A model generated the notes under the pieces. That model ran no database searches and was not told the origin of the DNA. It was given only the letters and a program-made list of their open reading frames with translations. This document shows positions 8,043 to 16,479 of a stretch of DNA of 64,000 nt, in pieces (the stretch's first letter is position 1; every line of letters starts with the position of its first letter). The position numbers and the translations under genes were made by a program. The DNA comes from an uncultured Balneolaceae bacterium (GTDB taxonomy: Bacteria; Bacteroidota; Rhodothermia; Balneolales; Balneolaceae), in the NCBI GenBank assembly GCA_964413935.1, contig CAYPTY010000016.1:1086-65085 (forward strand), given 5' to 3'.

Positions 8043-10283
8043 ATGGATACATTTCAATATGATAATAGAATTGTTCGTGACTTTGGTATAGCAACCCTTG
8101 CATGGGGTATCATTGGATTTGTGGTAGGATTGATCGTTGCTTTAAAGTTCATCTTTCCGGAATTCCTTGGATTTGTACCAGAGTTATCATTCGGCCGTTT
8201 ACGGCCGCTCCACACCAATGCCGTAATCTTCGCATTTGCAGGTAATGCCATTTTTTATGGGGTGTATTACTCGCTACCAAGGCTGTGCAAGGCACCAATG
8301 TGGAATGAGACTTTGAGTCGCATTCACTTCTGGGGCTGGCAGGCAATTATTTTGTCGGCTGTGCTTACTCTGCCCTTCGGTATCACCACCTCCAAAGAAT
8401 ATGCAGAACTGGAATGGCCGATTGACATCGCCATTACCCTGATCTGGGTAGCCTTCGGAGCCAATATGATCATGACGATACTCAAGCGTCGCGAGAAGCA
8501 CATTTATGTAGCCATCTGGTTTTATCTGGCCACATTCATCACTGTTGCGGTACTGCACGTGGTGAACTCTTTTGAAATGCCGGCTACCTTATTCAAAAGC
8601 TACTCCCTTTATGCCGGGGTTCAGGATGCGCTGGTTCAGTGGTGGTATGGTCACAACGCCGTGGCTTTCTTCCTCACCACGCCTTTCCTGGGTATTATGT
8701 ACTACTTCATCCCGAAAGCAGCCAACCGCCCGATTTTCTCATACCGGCTTTCTATTGTCCATTTCTGGGCTCTGATTTTCATTTATATCTGGGCTGGTCC
8801 GCATCACCTGCTGTATACTGCTCTGCCGGGCTGGGCACAGGCATTGGGTACGGTTTTCAGTATTATGCTGATTGCACCATCCTGGGGTGGTATGCTGAAC
8901 GGTTTACTTACCCTTCGAGGTGCCTGGGACCGGGTTCGGGAAGATCCTGTACTTAAATTCCTGGTTGTTGGTGTAACCGCTTATGGTATGGTAACCTTTG
9001 AAGGTCCGATGCTGTCCATCGCTAACGTGAATGCAATTGCACACTATTCCGATTACATCATTGGTCACGTGCATAACGGTGCCCTGCTCTGGAATGGTGG
9101 TCTTGCCTTCGGTATGCTGTATTACATCACACCGCGGATTTATAGAATTAGAAAAGCTGCTGGTGCAATTGGTGGAGAAGATGGAGGTACGGGTGCAGCA
9201 GAGTATCTATCTCCTAAACTATATTCCGTCAAGCTGGCTAATGTCCATTTCTGGTTCGCCACGCTAGGAGCCATTTTCTACGTAATCCCGATGTACTGGG
9301 GCGGTATTACCCAGTCACTGATGTGGAAAGAATTCGCCGATACTGGTCTTCTGGCTTATCCAAACTTCCTGGAAACGGTAAACCAGATTATGCCGATGTA
9401 TGCGTTGAGAGCATTTGGTGGAACCCTGTTTATCGTGGGTGCCTGTGTGGGTGCTTATAATTTATGGAAAACAGCCCAGATGGCAACTTTCCAGCCTGAG
9501 GAAGAAGCACAGGCTGCACCTCTGGTGGTGAAGAAAACTACCGAAAAGGTATACTGGCACCGATGGCTGGAAGCCCGTCCGGTTCAGTTCTCTGTATGGA
9601 TTCTGGTAGCCATCCTGATTGGTGGGGTAGTCGAGTATGTACCCACCGCTTTGATTGATTCCAATGTGCCGACCATCAGCAGTGTGAAACCTTACACCCC
9701 GCTGGAAGTGGTAGGAAGGGATATTTATATCTCTGAGGGTTGTAATAACTGTCACTCTCAGATGATTCGCCCTTTCCGCTCTGAAACCGAGCGCTATGGG
9801 GAATATTCCAAAGCCGGTGAGTTTGTCTATGATCACCCATTCCTCTGGGGATCAAAACGTACCGGACCGGATCTGCACAGAATTGGAGGTAAGTATCCTA
9901 ACTCATGGCATCTGCGCCATATGTACGATCCTTACACCACTTCACCTGGATCCATCATGCCGGCCTATCCCTGGATGCACAAAAAGGACATGGATAAGGA
10001 AACCATCGCCAAGAAAATCAATGCTCTGAGAACGGTGGGAGTACCTTATCCTGAGGGATACGAAGACCTGGCAATGGCCGATCTGGAAGCGCAGGCCAGC
10101 ATGATATATGATGACCTGGCCGCTAATGGCTTTGCTGAAATCGAAGAGGTTCAGATTACCTCAGATAAGCAGATTATCGCCCTGATTGCTTACCTGCAGC
10201 GAGTGGGTATCGATATCAAGGGTGAAAGAGATCCTTTCGAGAATCTGCCTTCCAAAATGCAAATCACCCAAATAGAAGAATAA
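8043..10283 (+). CDS. ccoNO: Fused cbb3-type cytochrome c oxidase subunits I and II (CcoN-CcoO)
   Basis: 746 aa. The N-terminal roughly 480 aa form a multi-TM heme-copper subunit. From about nt 9540 onward it is CcoO-like, with heme-c motif CNNCH (9741-9755) and RTGPDLHRIGGKY. Confidence 0.93.
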   Translation: MDTFQYDNRIVRDFGIATLAWGIIGFVVGLIVALKFIFPEFLGFVPELSFGRLRPLHTNAVIFAFAGNAIFYGVYYSLPRLCKAPMWNETLSRIHFWGWQAIILSAVLTLPFGITTSKEYAELEWPIDIAITLIWVAFGANMIMTILKRREKHIYVAIWFYLATFITVAVLHVVNSFEMPATLFKSYSLYAGVQDALVQWWYGHNAVAFFLTTPFLGIMYYFIPKAANRPIFSYRLSIVHFWALIFIYIWAGPHHLLYTALPGWAQALGTVFSIMLIAPSWGGMLNGLLTLRGAWDRVREDPVLKFLVVGVTAYGMVTFEGPMLSIANVNAIAHYSDYIIGHVHNGALLWNGGLAFGMLYYITPRIYRIRKAAGAIGGEDGGTGAAEYLSPKLYSVKLANVHFWFATLGAIFYVIPMYWGGITQSLMWKEFADTGLLAYPNFLETVNQIMPMYALRAFGGTLFIVGACVGAYNLWKTAQMATFQPEEEAQAAPLVVKKTTEKVYWHRWLEARPVQFSVWILVAILIGGVVEYVPTALIDSNVPTISSVKPYTPLEVVGRDIYISEGCNNCHSQMIRPFRSETERYGEYSKAGEFVYDHPFLWGSKRTGPDLHRIGGKYPNSWHLRHMYDPYTTSPGSIMPAYPWMHKKDMDKETIAKKINALRTVGVPYPEGYEDLAMADLEAQASMIYDDLAANGFAEIEEVQITSDKQIIALIAYLQRVGIDIKGERDPFENLPSKMQITQIEE

Positions 10284-10296
10284 GGGAGGAATCAGC

Positions 10297-10491
10297 ATGT
10301 ATAAAGAAGTACTCAGATCAATCGATGGAATCGGGCTTTTCCCCAGCATTTCGCTGCTCATATTTCTGGCACTCTTCACTTTTGTAATTGTGTATGTGAT
10401 CAGAAAAGGGAAACCACACTGGGAAAATGCAGCCAGCATTCCGCTGGACGACAGCAAGGTATTTACTAACACAGCTACAAACGAGGTGTAA
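10297..10491 (+). CDS. ccoQ: CcoQ/FixQ-like small membrane subunit
   Basis: 64 aa with a single TM helix, a strong SD (GGGAGG) upstream, and a position between ccoNO and ccoP. Confidence 0.55.
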   Translation: MYKEVLRSIDGIGLFPSISLLIFLALFTFVIVYVIRKGKPHWENAASIPLDDSKVFTNTATNEV

Positions 10492-10493
10492 GA

Positions 10494-11099
10494 ATGAAAG
10501 TATTCGACGACGAAAAGGATAAACTACTCGATCATGAATATGACGGGATCGGTGAATTGAATAATCATATGCCGGTTTGGTGGCTGTGGCTGTTTTTCTT
10601 CACCATTGTATGGGGTGCCGGATACCTTGTGTGGTATCAGTTAATGGACATCGCTCCAGACCAGCATGAGCAGTACGAAAACCAAGTGGCGGAAGCCAAT
10701 GCAAAATTCGGACTGGATCAGCAGGGAAGCGACGGCGATCAGGCTTTTGTCTATACCATTTCCGACGATCCCGAAGCCATTTCCAAGGGACAGGAAATTT
10801 ATATGAGCACAAACAATCTCTGCTTTACCTGCCATGGAAGTGCAGGTGAAGGACTGGTTGGCCCTAACCTGACCGACAATCAATGGATCCATGGTTGTAA
10901 GTCAGGCGAAGTAGCAACAAGTATCATTGAAGGATTCCCGCTCAAAGGCATGATTGCCTATGGAAGCGGGGCGCCGCTTACCAACGAACAGGTAAACGAC
11001 GTTATCAGCTTTATAGCCTCCCTTCAGGGTACTGAGCCGGCCAATGCAAAGCCTGTTGACACAGAACGCGCAACAGAATGCGTAATTAGCGACGAATAA
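10494..11099 (+). CDS. ccoP: cbb3-type cytochrome c oxidase subunit III (CcoP), apparently monoheme
   Basis: The N-terminal HEYDGIGELNNHMPVWW motif and TM helix are typical of CcoP. Only one CxxCH (CFTCH) is present. Confidence 0.8.
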   Translation: MKVFDDEKDKLLDHEYDGIGELNNHMPVWWLWLFFFTIVWGAGYLVWYQLMDIAPDQHEQYENQVAEANAKFGLDQQGSDGDQAFVYTISDDPEAISKGQEIYMSTNNLCFTCHGSAGEGLVGPNLTDNQWIHGCKSGEVATSIIEGFPLKGMIAYGSGAPLTNEQVNDVISFIASLQGTEPANAKPVDTERATECVISDE

Positions 11100-11112
11100 A
11101 TAAGCCCTTGTG

Positions 11113-11150
11113 TCCGGGTATGGTGATACATACCCGGATTCTTTTCTTTA
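11113..11150 (+). terminator. Intrinsic terminator or attenuator between ccoP and ccoG
   Basis: A 10-bp perfect stem (TCCGGGTATG / CATACCCGGA) with a 6-nt loop, followed by the T-rich TTCTTTTCTTT. Confidence 0.6.
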
Positions 11151-11172
11151 ATAAATTTGATGGAATTCTATT

Positions 11173-12627
11173 ATGTCAATTGAAGTCGAACGCCGCATAG
11201 ATCAGGACAACTACCGTGATCACCTTGCAACGGTTAGTGAAGATGGGAGACGAAACTGGATTTATCCTAAGAAGGTAAGCGGGCGTTTTTACAATGCCCG
11301 TACTTATTTTTCATGGCTGCTTCTGGCTTTCTTCTTTGCCGGGCCCTTCATTAAAATTAACGGGCAGCCTCTCTTACTGGTTAATATCCTCGAACGCAAA
11401 TTTGTGATTTTCGGGGTCGCATTCTGGCCGCAGGATCTGCACATACTGGTTTTTGGAATGCTTTCCTTCATTATTTTTGTGGTACTCTTCACCGCCATTT
11501 TTGGCCGTCTTTTCTGCGGCTGGGCCTGTCCGCAGACTATTTTTATGGAAATGGTATTTCGGAAAATCGAATACCTGATTGAAGGTGATGCTGTTGATCA
11601 GATGCGTCTGAAAAAAGCCCCATGGAAATGGGATAAAATCTGGAAAAAGACCACCAAGCACAGCATTTTTTACGGACTCTCCTTCCTCATTTCCAATCTC
11701 TTCCTTGCCTATGTGATCGGTATAGAACAGTTATGGGAAATCGTTACGGATCCCCCATCGGAGCATATTGGCGGACTTTCAGCCATGATCATATTCAGTG
11801 GTGTATTCTATGGAGTGTTTGCATTTATGCGGGAACAGGTATGCCACTTTGTTTGCCCTTACGGCCGTATGCAATCCGTTATGCTGGACAACAACTCCAT
11901 CAATGTGATGTACGATTACAACCGGGGTGAATCAAGAGCTAAGATCGGAGATCGAAATAAAGTGGAAACCGGTAAAGCCACACTTGCTGACCTTGGCTTC
12001 TCAGAATCTGCCGAATTCGGAGATTGCATCGACTGCTTCCAGTGCGTTAAGGTCTGCCCGATGGGTATTGACATCCGAAATGGCACTCAGCTGGAATGTG
12101 TACACTGCACTGCCTGCATAGATGCCTGTGATACTGTGATGGATAAGATCGACAAGCCGCGCGGACTTATTCGTTACACGTCCGAAAACCATATCAGAGG
12201 ACTTTCCAGAAAATTCTTTAATCCCAGAACCATTGGGTACTTTGGTGTTCTGGCTGTACTTCTCACTGTTTTTATCACCCTACTCGTTACCCGGCCCGTA
12301 CTTGAGACCACTGTATTCCGCCAGCCTGGCACCCTTTATCAGGAACTGCCTAACGATGTGTACAGTAACATCTACCAGCTGCGGGTGATCAACAAAACCT
12401 TTGACGAAACCAGCTATGAAATCCGCCTGCTTCAACCTGAGGGTGAAATGGTTTCACTGGGTGCTGTAAACAGCGTGGCTCCTCAGTCTTCAGCAGAGGG
12501 ACGCTTCCTCATTCAGCTTCCGGAATCCAGCCTTACCGGATTGCAAACCGACCTCACCTTTGGTGTATTTATAAATGGTGAACAAATTGAAACCGTTAAA
12601 ACGGCCTTCCTGGGCCCATCCAAATAA
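11173..12627 (+). CDS. ccoG: Cytochrome c oxidase accessory protein CcoG (4Fe-4S ferredoxin, membrane)
   Basis: 484 aa with two ferredoxin Cys clusters (CIDCFQCVKVCP, CVHCTACIDAC) and a CGWACP motif in the TM region. Confidence 0.9.
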   Translation: MSIEVERRIDQDNYRDHLATVSEDGRRNWIYPKKVSGRFYNARTYFSWLLLAFFFAGPFIKINGQPLLLVNILERKFVIFGVAFWPQDLHILVFGMLSFIIFVVLFTAIFGRLFCGWACPQTIFMEMVFRKIEYLIEGDAVDQMRLKKAPWKWDKIWKKTTKHSIFYGLSFLISNLFLAYVIGIEQLWEIVTDPPSEHIGGLSAMIIFSGVFYGVFAFMREQVCHFVCPYGRMQSVMLDNNSINVMYDYNRGESRAKIGDRNKVETGKATLADLGFSESAEFGDCIDCFQCVKVCPMGIDIRNGTQLECVHCTACIDACDTVMDKIDKPRGLIRYTSENHIRGLSRKFFNPRTIGYFGVLAVLLTVFITLLVTRPVLETTVFRQPGTLYQELPNDVYSNIYQLRVINKTFDETSYEIRLLQPEGEMVSLGAVNSVAPQSSAEGRFLIQLPESSLTGLQTDLTFGVFINGEQIETVKTAFLGPSK

Positions 12628-12634
12628 TAAATCT

Positions 12635-13075
12635 ATGAACTGGGGAAAAGGAATATTCATCACCGTTACAGTATTTGTTATTCTGGTGCTTAGTGTGGTC
12701 AGCTACCTTATCAGCCTGGATTTCTACATGGTCTCAAACGACCATTATTCCGATGCGGTAGAATATCAGGAAACCATTGACAGTAAAGACCGCGCCAAGT
12801 CTTTATCACAACCGGTGGTGGTTTTTTATGATGAGAAAAAAGCTGCTCTCAAGCTTGTATTCCCGCCCGAACTGGCCGGCAGAAATAATGAAGGCATGAT
12901 CAAACTTTACCGCCCCAATAATTCAGATATGGATGTGGACATCAGTCTTAATCTGGATCAGCAGGGAGTACAGTGGATTAATGCGGCTGAACTGGAACAG
13001 GGAAAGTGGATCATGAAACTGAAATGGACCACCGACAGTCTGGATTATTCGGACGAGAAAAACCTGCTTCTTTAA
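12635..13075 (+). CDS. FixH family protein
   Basis: One N-terminal TM helix (GIFITVTVFVILVLSVV) and a position after ccoG. The start was chosen at the ATG at 12635; the track ORF start at 12575 overlaps ccoG by 53 nt. Confidence 0.7.
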   Translation: MNWGKGIFITVTVFVILVLSVVSYLISLDFYMVSNDHYSDAVEYQETIDSKDRAKSLSQPVVVFYDEKKAALKLVFPPELAGRNNEGMIKLYRPNNSDMDVDISLNLDQQGVQWINAAELEQGKWIMKLKWTTDSLDYSDEKNLLL

Positions 13076-13087
13076 TTATAGATTGGT

Positions 13088-13795
13088 ATGGCTATCTGGA
13101 CAGCATTTACACTTGGTCTTCTCGGCAGTTTTCACTGCGCAGCGATGTGCGGTCCGCTGGCTATGGCCATACCAAAATCAGGCAAGCATATTTACCGGGA
13201 TACATTTGAAGGCCTATTGTATAATTTCGGACGGGTTACCACCTACTCCCTTTTTGGATTGGTCTCCGGCTTGCTTGGCTTTCAGCTGAACATGATGGGA
13301 CTTCAAAATGTGCTTTCTTACTTTTTGGGAGGTACACTGATAATTACATCCATCATTTTTATCAGCCGGCACCACAGCCGAAAATGGCTTCAGATTCAGG
13401 CTCCTGAACCTCTGCGCAAGGCTATTTCAAAACTGATGCGGCACAATCGGGCAGAATCACGTTTTCTGCTGGGTTTCCTGAATGGCCTTCTCCCCTGTGG
13501 ATTTGTTTATGTTGCACTGGCAGCTTCACTGGTTTCAGGAGGTATCGCCCAGTCTGTTTCTTACATGTTTTTCTTTGGGCTGGGCACCATTCCGGTGATG
13601 ATTACCCTTTATCTGGCGCCTACCATGCTGAGCCTGAATATGCGAACCCGGATGAATGCCTTAATCCCTATATTTTCACTGCTCATCGGGGTACTCATTT
13701 TGCTGAGGCCACTACCCGTTCATCCGGCGCATATGCTACTTGGGGCTGACGATCACGAACCGCAAATGTGTACCTACCCGCCTCAGGACAATTGA
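13088..13795 (+). CDS. DsbD_2/TauE-like integral membrane protein
   Basis: 235 aa, multi-TM, with an N-terminal HCAAMCGPL motif. It is the last gene of the cco cluster. Confidence 0.65.
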   Translation: MAIWTAFTLGLLGSFHCAAMCGPLAMAIPKSGKHIYRDTFEGLLYNFGRVTTYSLFGLVSGLLGFQLNMMGLQNVLSYFLGGTLIITSIIFISRHHSRKWLQIQAPEPLRKAISKLMRHNRAESRFLLGFLNGLLPCGFVYVALAASLVSGGIAQSVSYMFFFGLGTIPVMITLYLAPTMLSLNMRTRMNALIPIFSLLIGVLILLRPLPVHPAHMLLGADDHEPQMCTYPPQDN

Positions 13796-14481
13796 TCGGT
13801 TAACTCGCGGAAATCGCTGAAAACCAGATCTGCTATCTGTGTTTTTTCCTGCTCCTTTTCTTTCGTAAACCAGGCCACCTGCCAGCCGGCTGACTTTCCT
13901 CCTTTTATATCTGAATTGAAAGAATCACCTATGTAGAGGATATCCTCTCTGTCCACTTTGGCCAGATCAGTTGCATGATCAAAAATACCGGGATTAGGTT
14001 TCATGATTCCCACTTCTTCAGATATAACGATATGCTTCACCTGTTCTTTAAATCCGAACTGATTGATCTTCATCCACTGGGTTTCGGCAAATCCATTGGT
14101 GATCAGGCCGGTTTCAAAGTTGGCACGAATATGTAAAAATGCTTCCTTTGCTCCAGAGACCCATTCCCAGTGATTGCGATAATAGTTCATATACACCTGT
14201 CCTGCCTCTGCATACAAATCAGTCGGAATCTCCAGCTCGGCAAAGGTTTCCTCAAATCTGAAGCGATGCAGGATTTTTCGGTCGATGAGGCCCGCTCCAT
14301 ATTCTTCCCAAAGCCCACGGTTGATGCGGTGATAAACAGAGGTAAGTTCATCCAGATTAACTTTTCTGACTTCTTCAAAATGGGAATGCACGTCCTTTAA
14401 CCCATTTTCTTCTGCCTTTTTGTGATCAAGCAGGGTATCGTCTAAGTCAAAGTAGATGAATTTTGGCTTATTTATCCTCAC
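13783..14481 (-). CDS. HAD family hydrolase (YjjG-like nucleotidase)
   Basis: DxDxT motif ([10 protein letters not shown]) and a C-terminal GDS..SD motif ([13 protein letters not shown]). Confidence 0.8.
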   Translation of the reverse strand: MRINKPKFIYFDLDDTLLDHKKAEENGLKDVHSHFEEVRKVNLDELTSVYHRINRGLWEEYGAGLIDRKILHRFRFEETFAELEIPTDLYAEAGQVYMNYYRNHWEWVSGAKEAFLHIRANFETGLITNGFAETQWMKINQFGFKEQVKHIVISEEVGIMKPNPGIFDHATDLAKVDREDILYIGDSFNSDIKGGKSAGWQVAWFTKEKEQEKTQIADLVFSDFRELTDQLS

Positions 14482-14570
14482 TGGTACAATTTTTGGTATA
14501 TTTTGGGCTGAACAAACAGACCCGCGTGTCGTATTGGGGGCACCAAACTAATCAAAAGACATCACAAAAA

Positions 14571-15161
14571 ATGAAAGCATTTTATTTTGTAGTTATCGGA
14601 GTGGTTGTATTACTCATATTTTCCGGAATAAGTACCAATAACCGACTGGTAGAGAAAGAAGAAGCGGTTAACGGCGCCTGGGCACAGGTCGAAAATCAAT
14701 ATCAGCGCAGAGCTGACCTCATTCCAAACCTGGTTAATACCGTAAAAGGTGCGGCCGACTTTGAGCAGGAAACACTGACCAGTGTAATTGAGGCCCGATC
14801 AAAGGCAACTTCAGTTCAGATTTCTGCCGATGATCTTAATAACCCGCAGAAATTTGCTCAATTCCAGCAAGCCCAAAGTCAGCTCAGCGGAGCTTTATCC
14901 CGACTGCTGGTAACAGTTGAGCGCTATCCCGAACTGAAGGCGAACCAGAATTTCAGAGACCTTCAGACTCAGCTGGAAGGCACGGAGAATCGTATTTCAA
15001 CCGAAAGAATGCGCTTTAATGATATTGCGAGAAATTACAATACCAGTGTTCGCAAGTTCCCGGCCAGTATTTTTGCTGGACTTCTGGGTTTTGAGCAAAA
15101 AGCCTACTTCCAGGCTGAATCCGGTGCGGAAGAAGCGCCAACCGTTGATTTCGGTAATTGA
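14571..15161 (+). CDS. lemA: LemA family protein
   Basis: An N-terminal TM helix, then [33 protein letters not shown] and ERYPELKAN motifs. The start was chosen at the ATG at 14571. Confidence 0.85.
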   Translation: MKAFYFVVIGVVVLLIFSGISTNNRLVEKEEAVNGAWAQVENQYQRRADLIPNLVNTVKGAADFEQETLTSVIEARSKATSVQISADDLNNPQKFAQFQQAQSQLSGALSRLLVTVERYPELKANQNFRDLQTQLEGTENRISTERMRFNDIARNYNTSVRKFPASIFAGLLGFEQKAYFQAESGAEEAPTVDFGN

Positions 15162-15177
15162 TATTGATTTAAATCTT

Positions 15178-15205
15178 GAAAGGGTGCATGTCACCCTTTC
15201 TTTTT
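15178..15205 (+). terminator. Intrinsic terminator after lemA
   Basis: A 9-bp perfect stem (GAAAGGGTG / CACCCTTTC) with a 5-nt loop, followed by TTTTT. Confidence 0.7.
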
Positions 15206-15218
15206 AATCCCATCCACA

Positions 15219-15668
15219 ATGAGTACCAAATTATTTTCCAAAGAAGAAGAGAAAGATATTATATCGGCTATAGAGCAAGCTGAAAAAACAACATCCGGAG
15301 AAATTCGGCTGCATCTGGAGAAACACTGTAAAATTGATCCCATCGAAAGAGCCAAACAGGTTTTTGTTAAGCTAAAAATGTTCGAAACCGAACAGAAAAA
15401 CGGAGTAATCCTGTATGTTGCCACCGAGGATCATAAAGTGGTGATCTGGGGGGATGAAGGCATTCACTCTAAAGTTGGACAGAACTTCTGGGATGATGAG
15501 CTTGAAAAACTGGTCAGCAGCTTTAAAGATGGCCACTATGCAATAGGGATTATCGAATGTATCGGTGATATCGGCGATAAGCTGAAAGAATTTTTCCCTT
15601 ATAAGGATGGGGATGTAAACGAATTAAGTGATGATATCAGCTATGGAGAGGGGGATAAAGATGCGTAA
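15219..15668 (+). CDS. TPM domain-containing protein (cytoplasmic type)
   Basis: 149 aa. The motif SGEIRLHLE...NGVILYVATEDHKVVIWGDEGI is typical of TPM/TLP18.3-like proteins found next to LemA. Confidence 0.7.
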   Translation: MSTKLFSKEEEKDIISAIEQAEKTTSGEIRLHLEKHCKIDPIERAKQVFVKLKMFETEQKNGVILYVATEDHKVVIWGDEGIHSKVGQNFWDDELEKLVSSFKDGHYAIGIIECIGDIGDKLKEFFPYKDGDVNELSDDISYGEGDKDA

Positions 15669-16410
15669 ACTGATTAGCCTATTTTTACTTATAGCGTGTA
15701 TTTCGAATCCGGTTAAAGCTCAGGATTTCCTGCCGGATCAGCCGGGCGGATTTGTTAATGATTATGCCAACATGCTGAACTCCACTCAGGTACGCCAACT
15801 CGAAAGTAAACTCAGCAACTACCGCGATACAACTACCAACGCTATAGTTGTGGCTACTATAGAAAGCCTGCAGGGTTATCCGATTGAAGAAGTGGCAACC
15901 AACCTGTTCAATAAATGGGATATACAGTATGAAAACCGTTCAAACGGGGTATTGCTGCTGGTTTCACGCGATGATCGCAAATTGCGTATAGAAGTAGGTT
16001 ATGGCCTTGAAGGTGCCATTCCTGACATAATCGCCGGAAGAATCATCAATGAGGTAATTACTCCAAAATTTCGTTCTGAAGACTACTATGAAGGCATTGA
16101 TAGAGCAACGGATATCATGATGCAGCTTGCTTCCGGTGAATATGAAGGAAATCTCACCAGAGAACGAAGAGAAGACGACTTTGACCCATTCCCCATTATT
16201 ATTCTCATCATTATAGGTATTCTGCTTTTCACTCGTCGGGGTCGCAGGCGCCGATCTTATGGCCCTGGAGGATTTATTTACTGGGGTGGAAGTGGCTTCG
16301 GCAGAGGAAGCGGAGGCGGTGGATTTTCCGGAGGCGGAGGTGGCTTCGGTGGTTTTGGGGGAGGCGGTGGTTTCTCCTCTGGTGGCGGAGGTGCCAGCGG
16401 CGGCTGGTAA
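15661..16410 (+). CDS. TPM domain-containing protein (YgcG-like) with a Gly-rich C-terminal tail
   Basis: Signal peptide, TPM core (VNDYANMLN...NGVLLLVSRDDRKLRIEVGYGLEG), a TM helix, then about 50 aa of GGGF-type low complexity. The start at 15661 overlaps the upstream stop. Confidence 0.75.
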   Translation: MRKLISLFLLIACISNPVKAQDFLPDQPGGFVNDYANMLNSTQVRQLESKLSNYRDTTTNAIVVATIESLQGYPIEEVATNLFNKWDIQYENRSNGVLLLVSRDDRKLRIEVGYGLEGAIPDIIAGRIINEVITPKFRSEDYYEGIDRATDIMMQLASGEYEGNLTRERREDDFDPFPIIILIIIGILLFTRRGRRRRSYGPGGFIYWGGSGFGRGSGGGGFSGGGGGFGGFGGGGGFSSGGGGASGGW

Positions 16411-16417
16411 AGACCAT

Positions 16418-16451
16418 AAAAAAAGGCTGCGAGGGGATCAGCCCCGCAACC
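16418..16451 (-). terminator. Probable intrinsic terminator for fadE
   Basis: An imperfect GC-rich hairpin (GGCTGCGAGGGG...CCCCGCAACC). On the minus strand it is followed by a T7 run. Confidence 0.5.
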
Positions 16452-16479
16452 TAAGTATACGTCACAATGCAAAAAACAA

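Noticed and set aside
7830-8057. A 75-aa minus-strand ORF in the ccoI-ccoNO junction
   Set aside because: The plus strand here encodes a textbook CcoS in operon context, and the minus ORF has no support.
16278-16472. A Pro-rich 64-aa minus-strand ORF (PPPPPEEKPPPPPKPP...), and the possibility that the GGN-rich DNA at about 16290-16400 is a repeat array
   Set aside because: It is the reverse-complement mirror of the Gly-rich tail of the TPM protein. The repeats are short, imperfect codon-level low complexity inside a CDS, not a CRISPR or tandem-repeat locus.
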